A stretch of DNA of 64,000 nt from Candidatus Omnitrophota bacterium (lineage in GTDB: Bacteria > Omnitrophota > Gorgyraeia > Zapsychrales > Fredricksoniimonadaceae). The stretch spans positions 76,563 through 140,562 of the forward strand of contig JADFXH010000001.1 of the NCBI GenBank assembly GCA_015233675.1. The letters run 5' to 3'. The position numbers and the translations under genes are program-made. Every line of letters begins with the position of its first letter. The first letter of the stretch is position 1. The notes beneath the pieces were generated by a model. The model was not told where the DNA came from and did no database searches. It worked only from the letters and a program-made list of their open reading frames with translations. Positions 39,312-48,448 of this stretch are shown here, one piece after another.

Positions 39312-39383
39312 GTCTTTGTCCATTGATGAGCTCTCTTAGCCCAAAACTTCAACTCTTCCCAATATCAATTAGGGCCCCTCTGT

Positions 39384-39427
39384 AAATAAAAAATCCTCTT
39401 AAAAACTTCCGTTACGTTTTAAGAGGA
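39384..39427 (-). terminator. leader terminator 1 (distal) within the amt 5' leader
   Basis: Minus strand reads TCCTCTTAAAAC-gtaacggaa-GTTTTTAAGAGGA followed by TTTTTTATTT. Confidence 0.7.
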
Positions 39428-39489
39428 CTGACATTGCCCTAATTTCTGGCCCAAAACTCCAACGCTTTGAGCATTTGTGAACTGTTTTA

Positions 39490-39518
39490 AGTATATCCGT
39501 TAAAAACCTATTTGTCAA
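39490..39518 (-). promoter_or_regulatory. strong sigma70-type promoter of the amt-glnB-sigma operon
   Basis: Minus strand reads TTGACA-17 nt-TATACT, about 250 nt upstream of the amt start. Confidence 0.7.
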
Positions 39519-39531
39519 GAAACTCTAGGTG

Positions 39532-39939
39532 TTAACTAAAAAAAGCATTGCCCCCTTTTGCCTGTTTGTTGACATACTTTTCTAAAGCTTTCTGATACTC
39601 ATTGTCAACCCAAATAAAAGAACCCGCAATACAATACAAATCATTATCCAGTCTTTGTGCGCGTAAAACCTTAACGGAAACAACAACCGTGTCTTCTTTG
39701 CCGGCTATATCAGGATTATTAATTACCGGATTAAATTCTCTCCAGCCTGATAGATTAATTTCCAAATGAACGGTGTCTTGCAGGCTGTATTCAACCGAAG
39801 ATGTAAACATAAGTCCGCCGCTGCTTAAATCCCTGGTGAAACCACTTAACTTTTCACCGGTCAAACCAGATTTTATATGCGTTAAAAAAAACCTGACTTT
39901 AATGCGTTGGGATTTGCGGCATTCTAACGGACTTGGCAT
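39532..39939 (-). CDS. PilZ domain protein (c-di-GMP receptor family)
   Basis: 135 aa with RKSQRIKV ... DLSSGGLMF, i.e. RxxxR and D/NxSxxG-type motifs. Confidence 0.6.
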   Translation of the reverse strand: MPSPLECRKSQRIKVRFFLTHIKSGLTGEKLSGFTRDLSSGGLMFTSSVEYSLQDTVHLEINLSGWREFNPVINNPDIAGKEDTVVVSVKVLRAQRLDNDLYCIAGSFIWVDNEYQKALEKYVNKQAKGGNAFFS

Positions 39940-39968
39940 ATAAAAACCTCTGATTTATTCACTGCTTG

Positions 39969-41000
39969 TTAAAAATCCCATGAGCCCTTCATTGAACTGG
40001 ACTGAGTATAATTAACGACGGTGGATTCGAAAAAATTGGTCTTTTCGCTGTTGTTGTCCGCCATTGCTTCCAGATGTTTATAAGGATTAACGAGAGCTTC
40101 AGGATACAAAGGGGGCTCTTTGATCATGCGCAAACGATCATTGGCTAACCAATGCGTATATTGCTGGGTCGTCAAACGTGTCATACCCGGGACATCATCA
40201 CCTAAAATATGATGCGACCAAAGGATTTCCTGCCTGACCGCTTCTTCAAAAAGAGACCGGACAATCTTCCCGTCATACATGTCAGGGAACTCCCGGCGGA
40301 TCTCATTGATGATATTGGAAAAAAGCACCACATGGGTCAACTCATCGCGTCGAATGTAATTAATCATCCGTCCTGTCGCGGTCATGCGGGAATTATAAGC
40401 TAAGGTGTCAAAAAATGCAAAACCATTATAAAAATATAAACTTTCCAAAATAAAATTCCCAAGGAGAGCCTTAAAAAAACTGGCATTATCGGGGACATCG
40501 TTAAAGTCCTGATAGATACGCCCGATATATTCGTTACGCTCAAGTAAAACCTTATCGTCGCGCCAAAAATAATAAATCGCATCCCTCTGCTTTGCATCCA
40601 CCACCGTTTCCAGGATCGTTGTATAACTTTGAGAGTGGATCGCCTCCTGAAAGGACTGGATAGACAACAAAAGATTAACCTCGGGAGAGGTAATGTAGTC
40701 CGAAAAATGAGGCAGGTTAACCGTCTGAATGCTGTCTAAAAAAGTCAAAAAAGAAATAATCCCCCGATAAGCCCTGGCTTCAGCGGGTGAAAGCTTATGG
40801 TACATGATGGCATCCTCATTAAGCCCGCTCACCTTTTCAGGGACCCAGAAATTCCCAACCATCAGCTGATACATCGCTTTGGCCCAAGGGTATTTAACGG
40901 CGTTAAGATTAAAAAGTCCGGTCGGATGGCCCTTGATGATCGTACGGTTTTCCAAAGTATCATCGCCGGTTGGATTAAATATCAGATTTTTCTTTAACAT
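39969..41000 (-). CDS. nrdB: class I ribonucleotide reductase beta subunit
   Basis: Di-iron ligand pattern (FQEAIHSQSY, ESLYFYNGF, RDELTH). The ATG at 41000, after AAGGAGAA, is preferred. Confidence 0.85.
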   Translation of the reverse strand: MLKKNLIFNPTGDDTLENRTIIKGHPTGLFNLNAVKYPWAKAMYQLMVGNFWVPEKVSGLNEDAIMYHKLSPAEARAYRGIISFLTFLDSIQTVNLPHFSDYITSPEVNLLLSIQSFQEAIHSQSYTTILETVVDAKQRDAIYYFWRDDKVLLERNEYIGRIYQDFNDVPDNASFFKALLGNFILESLYFYNGFAFFDTLAYNSRMTATGRMINYIRRDELTHVVLFSNIINEIRREFPDMYDGKIVRSLFEEAVRQEILWSHHILGDDVPGMTRLTTQQYTHWLANDRLRMIKEPPLYPEALVNPYKHLEAMADNNSEKTNFFESTVVNYTQSSSMKGSWDF

Positions 41001-41072
41001 AATGTTCTCCTTAAGCCCCGCCATGCACGCGTGCCCCTTGGGATAATTTATAAAGCTTTTGACACTATCATC

Positions 41073-43700
41073 TTAACCGCTGCAGCTGACACAGCCGTCT
41101 TTTACGTCCCCGCTCATTGACCGCACATAGTAAACGGTTTTGATCCCTGATTTCCATGCTTTAATATAATAATCAAAAAGCTGCTTGGGGCTGGTCCTGG
41201 AAGGGTTGATCATCCACTCAAAAGAAATAGACTGGTCGATCCATTTATAAACTACCGCGATCATTTCAATGACATCATCCATCTCCATATTGGCATATTC
41301 CTTATAAAACCAAAAATTCTCTTTGGAAAGATTTGGCGCCACAGTCACAATGGGGGCGATTGCGTTCGTTTCCATAAAAAATTTTTTGTAAACCGGTAAA
41401 AGACCTGCCGTCGTTCCAACTATGCCGGAAGTCGATGTATTGGGCGCGGGAGCCAGATGATAGGCAAAACGAAGCCCGTTTTTACGGATATCCGCGATTA
41501 GCTCTTGCCAGGAATTTGGGTCATGGCTTTCTTTCTCATACCAACCTTCTTGGCGTCCGAAAATAATCCCTTTTTCCCAATCACTTCCTTTAAATAATGG
41601 GTACGCCCCCCGCTCTTTTGCCAGAGCATTAGACGCTTGTAGCGTCACTAAAGCATATTTTTCAAACAAAACATCAACATTATTTCTGGCCTCAGGAGAA
41701 TCGTAAGTTAATTTTTGACAGGCCAGATATTCCGCCAGCCCCATAAATCCTAATCCAACACTACGGTACTTGTGCGCCGTCAGTTCGGCCTCTTTGATCG
41801 GATACAAATTCAAGGTGATCACATTGTCCAAAACCCGCATGGCGACCGGTATGATCCGTTCTATCTCTTCATGAGTATTCACCTTGGCGACATTAATAGA
41901 GGCAAGGTTGCAGACAACCGTATCCCCCGGGGTGTAACGCAATGCCACCTTCCCTTGCTCAACACTTTCACCTTCGAAAACAGAAGAAGAAGTGTTCTGA
42001 CAAATCTCGGTGCATAGCTGGGTAGAATAAATCATCCCTGCGTGCTTGTTTGGATTCAACCGGTTGACCGTATCACGAAAAAAAGCATACGGCATCCCGG
42101 TCTCGACCGCAGTCTTAAGGAACCTTTTCATAAGATCCTTAGCGTTGGTCGTAACACGTAACTTCAATCGTTCATCCTGCTCGCAGGACTCATAAAATTC
42201 CGTAAACTCAACATCAAAAACATCCTCTAAGGCGCGACCCGTAACCTTGTAAACCTCGTGAGGATCAAAAAGCGTCCAATTATCTCCCGCCTCAACCCTG
42301 CGCATAAACACATCGGGTATTGAGACAGCCGGAAAAATATCAAAGGCCTTGCGTCGGATATCCCCCGTTTCAGTCTGAAGATTCAAAAAATCCAGAATAT
42401 CCCGATGCCAGATGTCCAAAGTCGGCGAAATAGCGCCAAAACGCGCACCCAGCTGATTTACCGCCGCAGCGGTATCATTAATAACCCGGACCCAAGGAAC
42501 AACCCCGCCCGATGTGGATTTAACCCCGCGTATATCCCCGCCTTTAGAACGGATGTGCCCCAAATACGCGCCTACTCCTCCTCCAAATTTAGAGATCTGG
42601 GCCATGTTTTCAATAGCGTGATAGATCGCGCGCAGATCATCCGCGACATTTAATTTAAAACAGCTCGATAATTGGGTAAAATTAGTACGCGCATTGATCA
42701 ACGTCGGCGTCGGCAATGACAGCTTCTGGGTGGATGTGGCCTCATAGACCACACGCGCAAAATCCAGACGTTTCTCTTTTGGTTCAGGGATAGCTAAAAA
42801 AAGCGCCACCGTCAGATACATTTCCTGCGGAAGTTCGGCCACAATTTTATTAGGATTACAAAGATACCTCTTATTGAGAGCCAGGACTGTGGAATAGATA
42901 TAAGAGAAATCACGGCCACGGTCAATGAAAGACGCCGCCAAACCAATCTCTTGCGGTGTATAGTACTTTAGAAAATCTTTATAATAAAACCCCTTTTTCA
43001 AATAATTCTCAAAATGGGACTGATAACTGGAGGGCGAATAAAGCTCCTCGATCTTGACTTTTCGGTTACGACTCGCCGACTTATAAAGCTGCATCACCAA
43101 AAGACGCCCCGCAACAATCTGCCAATCAGTATTCTGAATCGTCAGCAAATCAATGCAAGACCGCTTGAGATTTTCGATAACCTGATCTGTCGAAATCCCA
43201 TCAACAAGGCGGTTTTTCAAAACCGCAAAAACATCATCAAACCGGCAGGTTGCCTCAAATCCGCGGGAGGCCCGATCAAAAACTTTTCTTAGCTTCCTTG
43301 GATCAAAGGCTTCTTGACTGCCATCGTGTTTGGAAACTTTTAACAGGTTCTTTTCTAATTTGCGAAGTTCTTCAATCCTGCGTTCCGCACGACGATGCGC
43401 ATGCTCAGCCCGGTAGAGAATGAATTCCCGGGCCACTTCAAAATACCCCGACTCCGCCAACTTGCGCTCTACAATGTCCTGTATATCTTCTACCCCGACG
43501 ATCCTCTCGCTATTGCCAAATCTCTGTTCAATTTCAGAGACCACCTTGTCTGAGACCTCTTGAGGCAATTCAAAAGGACCTGCCATGGAAGTCCCCACCC
43601 TTTCACGGGTCGCTGCCACTGCCTTGGCAATAGCCTCACGAATCCGCACTGCATCAAAATCCGCTAGCTCACCTGTACGTTTTCTAATTTTTTCCAACAT
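41073..43700 (-). CDS. nrdA: class I ribonucleotide reductase alpha subunit with ATP-cone
   Basis: 875 aa. N-terminal ATP-cone, active-site region NLCTEI-like STQLCTEICQ, C-terminal CxxC (CVSCSG). Confidence 0.9.
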   Translation of the reverse strand: MLEKIRKRTGELADFDAVRIREAIAKAVAATRERVGTSMAGPFELPQEVSDKVVSEIEQRFGNSERIVGVEDIQDIVERKLAESGYFEVAREFILYRAEHAHRRAERRIEELRKLEKNLLKVSKHDGSQEAFDPRKLRKVFDRASRGFEATCRFDDVFAVLKNRLVDGISTDQVIENLKRSCIDLLTIQNTDWQIVAGRLLVMQLYKSASRNRKVKIEELYSPSSYQSHFENYLKKGFYYKDFLKYYTPQEIGLAASFIDRGRDFSYIYSTVLALNKRYLCNPNKIVAELPQEMYLTVALFLAIPEPKEKRLDFARVVYEATSTQKLSLPTPTLINARTNFTQLSSCFKLNVADDLRAIYHAIENMAQISKFGGGVGAYLGHIRSKGGDIRGVKSTSGGVVPWVRVINDTAAAVNQLGARFGAISPTLDIWHRDILDFLNLQTETGDIRRKAFDIFPAVSIPDVFMRRVEAGDNWTLFDPHEVYKVTGRALEDVFDVEFTEFYESCEQDERLKLRVTTNAKDLMKRFLKTAVETGMPYAFFRDTVNRLNPNKHAGMIYSTQLCTEICQNTSSSVFEGESVEQGKVALRYTPGDTVVCNLASINVAKVNTHEEIERIIPVAMRVLDNVITLNLYPIKEAELTAHKYRSVGLGFMGLAEYLACQKLTYDSPEARNNVDVLFEKYALVTLQASNALAKERGAYPLFKGSDWEKGIIFGRQEGWYEKESHDPNSWQELIADIRKNGLRFAYHLAPAPNTSTSGIVGTTAGLLPVYKKFFMETNAIAPIVTVAPNLSKENFWFYKEYANMEMDDVIEMIAVVYKWIDQSISFEWMINPSRTSPKQLFDYYIKAWKSGIKTVYYVRSMSGDVKDGCVSCSG

Positions 43701-43747
43701 AAGAAGATCCTTTAAAAAAATTTACTTCTTTTAACTAACTCCCCCCA

Positions 43748-43770
43748 ACCCCCTCTTTACAAAAGAGGGG
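43748..43770. repeat. CCCCCTCTTT...AAAGAGGGGG hairpin repeat
   Basis: ttttaactaactccccccaa + ccccctctttacaaaagaggggg, upstream of nrdA. Confidence 0.7.
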
Positions 43771-43898
43771 GGGGGAACAATATAAGAAGGCCCTTTAAGC
43801 ATCAATTAGTTGTATGTGTAAAAATTATATACACAATATATAGTATTTTGTAAAAAATTTATAAAAAAATAATATTAGTTTAGCGCGTTGAAAAGACG

Positions 43899-43933
43899 CC
43901 TTAAGATTCTTCACCCTTCGGGCTCAGGATGAC
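43899..43933. repeat. GAAGGATC/GTCATYCTGA-family REP-like repeat (degenerate)
   Basis: ccttaagattcttcacccttcgggctcaggatgac, downstream of the RND gene. Confidence 0.5.
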
Positions 43934-43957
43934 TTAGACTTCATTGTCTTTTTCCTT

Positions 43958-46900
43958 CTATTTCTGTTTGGAATGATCTGCAGCTAAAAACATGTACATC
44001 GTCGGGACCACAAAAAGAGTAAATAAGGTTCCGATTGAGATCCCTGTCATGATGACCAAACCCATATTAAAACGGCCCGCGGCCCCCGCACCGGTCGCAG
44101 CCACGAGAGGTAGAACGCCGAAGACCATGGCGGCACTAGTCATCAAAATAGGCCTTAAACGGATCCCCGCGGCTGTTTCAACAGCTTCGCGTTTTGACTT
44201 GCCTTCCCTCTGAAGGTCATTCGCAAATTGGACAATAAGGATCCCATGCTTGCTGATAAGCCCGATCAGGGTCACAAGCCCAACCTCCGTATAAATATTG
44301 AGGCTAGCCCCATTGACCCCCCAATTGATAAATATCATAGCACCGAATATGGACATGGGAACGCTGACTAAAACAATGAGCGGATCCCTAAAACTTTCAA
44401 AAAGCGCGGCAAGGGCTAGAAAAATGATAATAAGGGCAAATACAAAAGTTAACATCAGCGCGTTAGATTCTTTCACGAATTGCCTAAGTTGTCCCGCATA
44501 GTCAATAGAATATCCTTGAGGCAAAATGTCCTTAGCCAGCGATTTCATGGTTTCCAGGGCCTGACCCATAGTCACCCCGCCGCGAGTCACGGCCATAATG
44601 GTGGTAGAATTTAACTGCTGAAAATGATTAATAGACTCGGGCACGACGGTGGTTTTCAAGGTCACCAGGGTCGATAAAGGGATCAACGCGCCGCTCGCGG
44701 TAGTAATATAATAATCCTTAAGCTGATCGGCATTCAAGCGTTCACGCTGAAGGACTTGAGGAATTACTTTGTAGGAACGCCCGGAAAGGCTGAAATAATT
44801 GACATACCCCCCCCCCAGCATCGCTCCCAGTGAACCTCCGACATCCCGCATGGTTAGCCCCATCTGGGCCGCTTTTTGGCGGTCTATACTTACCTCGGTC
44901 TGAGGCTTGTCAATTTTTAAATCAGAATTGATATAAACAAACATCCCGGTAGCCTTTGCCTTCTCCATGAGCGACTCCGAAACTTCATACAGCCTGTTAA
45001 ACGAGTCTGTGCTTCCAACCACGAATTGAAACGGCAGTCCCTGACCTCCGCCAGGCAAGGGGGCCGGAAGAAATGCAACCGCATTCAGTCCGCTAATTCG
45101 AGAAATCTTCTTTTGAATATCATCTTTGAGATCCTTCGATAATCGTGTGCGTTCTTCCCAGGGCTTTAAGACCATCCCCGTAAATCCAGAATTGAGAGCC
45201 CCCAGGCCGTCGGCTTGAAATACATGGTCCATTTCAGGATAACTCTTAAGCATTTTGAACATCTGACGGGCAAACATTGTCGTCTGCTCAAGCGACGCAT
45301 TGGGAGCAGAGGTGTAAGAAGAAATGATAAACCCGTGGTCCTCGGCTGGAGCCAGCTCACTGCGGGAGAGCAGGAAAAGAAAAACGATGCTGATTAAAAC
45401 AATACCGGCAAATATCCCGACAACCGGTAATGAATTCAACGCGCCGTGCAATGCCGTCTGATAAACCCTTCTTAGCTTGTCAAACAATTGATCGACGCGG
45501 TCAACTAAAGTTTTACGTCCTCCTGATTGGTGAGGTTTAAAAAGCCTTGAACACATCATGGGAGACAATGTCAAAGCAATAATAGCAGAAACGGTTACAG
45601 CACCGGCCAGTGAAAAAGCAAATTCCGTAAAAAGAGCTCCGGTCAAACCACCCATGAATCCAATAGGGACATAAACCGCGATCAATACCACCGTCATAGC
45701 GATAATAGGGCCGGCAAGCTCTCGCGCACCCTGTAAGGCTGCCTGAAAAGGCGCTATCCCATCTTCAATATGGCGGTGAATATTTTCGACAACAATGATG
45801 GCATCATCAACTACAAGCCCTATGGCAAGGACCATGGACAAAAGGGTCAATAAATTTAGCGTATAGCCCAGAATAAGCATCACAAAAAACGTGCCAATCA
45901 TAGACAACGGCATGGCCAAGACTGGAATCACTACTGAACGCAATGACCCCAGAAAAAGAAAAATCACGACCGTCACAATCAGGAGAGTCTCTCCTAAAGT
46001 TTTAATGACCTCGTGAATTGAACTGTTAATGTATTTGGTCGAATCATACATAACCACCCCGTTAAGGCCCTGCGGAAGCTCTTTTTGAATCGACGGAAAG
46101 ACTTTCCTGACCCCATCAATCACGGTCAAAAGATTGGCCGTCGGAGCCACCTTGATCCCCACAAAGACCGCTCCCTCGGTGTCAAAACGGACATTCGTAT
46201 CATAATTTTCACTTCCCAAGGTGACTTGGGCAACATCAGAAAGACGAATGATAGTACCATTAACGGATTTGAGAATGAGGCTCTTGAATCCATCAACTGA
46301 ATGCAGGCCCGTGGCAGCCGTAAGATCTACCGTTACCATCTGACCTTTAGTCCTTCCTACGGCTGAAACAATGTCATTCGCCGCAAGAGCATCGCTCACA
46401 TCCGATGCCGTCAAATGGTACGCAGCCATTTTTACCGGGTCAAGCCATGCCCGAAGGGCAAACTGACGGCCGCCTAAAATTTCCGCCGTCTGTACTCCCT
46501 CAACAGCTTGAAGCTTCGGTTGGACAACGCGGATGAGATAATCCGTGATCTTATTGGCCGGCAGGATCTTGCTTGTGAATCCCATATACATGGAATCTAT
46601 GGTTTCCCCGATATCAATCGTAATCGTGGGCTGTTGAGACTCTCGGGGAAGCTGATTCAAGACCGCATTGACCTTCGTATTGATCTCGGTTAAGGCTTTA
46701 TTGGAATCATAATTCAATCTAAGGTTCGCCCGGATGACACTGATACTTTGTGAGCTGGATGAAGTCAGATAATCAATCCCATTGGCCTGGGCAATGGAAT
46801 TTTCAAGCGGTGTGGTAATAAAACCGGCAACCAGAGAGGGGTCAGCACCGGTGTAAACCGTTGTCACGGTCACAACGGCGTTCTGTGTTTCCGGATACTG

Positions 46901-47005
46901 ACGGACCCCAAGACTTCCCAATGCCCTTAGCCCTAAAATCAGAATCAAAAGGCTAACGACGATTGACAGAACCGGACGACGGATAAAAAGATCGGTAAAA
47001 TTCAT
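43958..47005 (-). CDS. RND efflux transporter, inner-membrane permease (AcrB/MdtB family)
   Basis: 1015 aa, 12-TM RND architecture. Begins MNFTDLFIRRPVLS..., with VVDDAIVVVENI. Confidence 0.9.
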   Translation of the reverse strand: MNFTDLFIRRPVLSIVVSLLILILGLRALGSLGVRQYPETQNAVVTVTTVYTGADPSLVAGFITTPLENSIAQANGIDYLTSSSSQSISVIRANLRLNYDSNKALTEINTKVNAVLNQLPRESQQPTITIDIGETIDSMYMGFTSKILPANKITDYLIRVVQPKLQAVEGVQTAEILGGRQFALRAWLDPVKMAAYHLTASDVSDALAANDIVSAVGRTKGQMVTVDLTAATGLHSVDGFKSLILKSVNGTIIRLSDVAQVTLGSENYDTNVRFDTEGAVFVGIKVAPTANLLTVIDGVRKVFPSIQKELPQGLNGVVMYDSTKYINSSIHEVIKTLGETLLIVTVVIFLFLGSLRSVVIPVLAMPLSMIGTFFVMLILGYTLNLLTLLSMVLAIGLVVDDAIIVVENIHRHIEDGIAPFQAALQGARELAGPIIAMTVVLIAVYVPIGFMGGLTGALFTEFAFSLAGAVTVSAIIALTLSPMMCSRLFKPHQSGGRKTLVDRVDQLFDKLRRVYQTALHGALNSLPVVGIFAGIVLISIVFLFLLSRSELAPAEDHGFIISSYTSAPNASLEQTTMFARQMFKMLKSYPEMDHVFQADGLGALNSGFTGMVLKPWEERTRLSKDLKDDIQKKISRISGLNAVAFLPAPLPGGGQGLPFQFVVGSTDSFNRLYEVSESLMEKAKATGMFVYINSDLKIDKPQTEVSIDRQKAAQMGLTMRDVGGSLGAMLGGGYVNYFSLSGRSYKVIPQVLQRERLNADQLKDYYITTASGALIPLSTLVTLKTTVVPESINHFQQLNSTTIMAVTRGGVTMGQALETMKSLAKDILPQGYSIDYAGQLRQFVKESNALMLTFVFALIIIFLALAALFESFRDPLIVLVSVPMSIFGAMIFINWGVNGASLNIYTEVGLVTLIGLISKHGILIVQFANDLQREGKSKREAVETAAGIRLRPILMTSAAMVFGVLPLVAATGAGAAGRFNMGLVIMTGISIGTLFTLFVVPTMYMFLAADHSKQK

Positions 47006-47023
47006 AGGATGATTACTCTAAAA

Positions 47024-48127
47024 TTACTGTTCCTGCGGTTGGGGAGCCATGTCGTTTTTGGGCACAACCGTATTATCTACCTCGACAGGGCTGCCATTAT
47101 GCAGTTTCAGTTGTCCGCTGGTCACGACCCAATCGCCTTCCTTGATTCCTTTAACCACAGCAATCTGGTCACCGCGGGTTTCACCTGTTTCAATAAAAAC
47201 CTGCTTTGCGACATTATTATCGACGACAAAAACGGTCTCTCCATAAGGGTTAAAGGTCACCGCGGTCTGTGGAAGAGTCAAACGTTTTTCCTCCCCCCCC
47301 TCCTTGACTTCAAGGTCCACAAACATACCTGGTATAAGTTCATGGTTTAGATTAGGGACCATGGCCTCGACCTGAAAGTTCCTTGAGTCAGACTCCACCC
47401 TAGGACTTATAGCTGTGATTTTTCCTGTAAATAAACGTCCCGGATACGTATCTGTCGTCAGGACAATTTCCTGATCAAGGGAAACTCTGGCCAATTCCTG
47501 TTGAGGCAAATTAAAATCCACCAATAACACGTCCAGCGACTGCAAGGTCACCAGCATTTCTCCCGGGGTTATGTACTCTCCGACATTGACCCGATTGATC
47601 CCCAACTTTCCGGCGAACGGAGCGCAAATGGTTTTCTTACGGACAAGTGCGGCCTGTTGATCGGCCAAGGCTTGAGACGAATTAACCTGGGCTTCGTCAG
47701 AATCCACAACCGCCCTACTGATGGCCTGGGCCTCAAATTGCTTTTTATCGCGGGCGTAAACAGTCTGGGCCAGTTGGGCTGAAATTGTCAACGATCTTAA
47801 AAGAGCAATATCCGTCTGTGCATTGAGAAGGACCAGAATATCTCCTTTTTTAACCTGATCCCCTGACTTCATACGGACCTCGGCAACGATCCCGGGAATT
47901 TCGCTAGTCACATCCACACCATGCTGGGCCCTCAGGCTCCCCACTGCTTTGATATGCTGCTGCCAGGGCATGGTTTGCGCCTTAATCGCGGACACGACTG
48001 TCGCAGGAAATTTCATGGCCTTCATGGCTTTCCCCATCATCATCCCTCGATAAAGCGGGACACCAAAGACCACCGCCAGAATAAAACACAAAACCACGAG
48101 CATGATCAGCATACGTTTTATCATCAT
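47024..48127 (-). CDS. RND efflux periplasmic adaptor (membrane fusion protein)
   Basis: 367 aa, HlyD/MFP pattern. Lies between the OMF and RND genes. Confidence 0.85.
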   Translation of the reverse strand: MMIKRMLIMLVVLCFILAVVFGVPLYRGMMMGKAMKAMKFPATVVSAIKAQTMPWQQHIKAVGSLRAQHGVDVTSEIPGIVAEVRMKSGDQVKKGDILVLLNAQTDIALLRSLTISAQLAQTVYARDKKQFEAQAISRAVVDSDEAQVNSSQALADQQAALVRKKTICAPFAGKLGINRVNVGEYITPGEMLVTLQSLDVLLVDFNLPQQELARVSLDQEIVLTTDTYPGRLFTGKITAISPRVESDSRNFQVEAMVPNLNHELIPGMFVDLEVKEGGEEKRLTLPQTAVTFNPYGETVFVVDNNVAKQVFIETGETRGDQIAVVKGIKEGDWVVTSGQLKLHNGSPVEVDNTVVPKNDMAPQPQEQ

Positions 48128-48151
48128 ATATTTCCTTTATTATGTTTCCGC

Positions 48152-48448
48152 GGTTCTGTCAAAATTCTTGCAGGTTATGCATGAGAAGAGATATTATTTG
48201 CTCAACGGGATATTTTCGCCGTTGGCGTCGGTTTACAGCAATAATGTTCTAAAGTTTCTCTTCATTTGGAACACTCTTGCTGTAAATCCTAGCCAACTTT
48301 TGGCGAAAAATCCCTGAAAGTTTCGCAAACAATATCTCTTCTCATGCATAACACCCAATTCTTGCGCAGGCTTATACTGATATAAAAATTTTAACCAGAA
48401 CAATATATCAGTGTCGGCCGTCCATTGCTTTTTTGCTTTTGACACTAC
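48152..48448 (-). repeat. intercistronic framework element with family-A cargo and small-hairpin module (OMF|MFP spacer)
   Basis: ggttctgtcaaaattcttgcagg [family A] acccaattcttgcgcagg cttatactgatat...cagtgtcggccgtccattgc...ttttgacactac. The right end contains the OMF stop codon. Confidence 0.75.
48175..48352. mobile_element. family-A long inverted repeat (MITE-like hairpin, 178 bp)
   Basis: Same length and nearly the same sequence as 10305..10482. Confidence 0.75.

Noticed and set aside
39236-39531. Glutamine riboswitch (glnA RNA / Downstream-peptide motif) in the amt leader or in family B
   Set aside because: Only a short ACGGAAG string in a terminator loop resembles the conserved core as I recall it. 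The three-stem/E-loop arrangement and the other conserved blocks are not recognisable. An Rfam scan is needed to be sure.
48102-48445. Track ORFs 48102..48317 (+) and 48233..48445 (-)
   Set aside because: Both lie wholly inside the family-A hairpin and framework. They mirror each other because of the inverted repeat and have no RBS.
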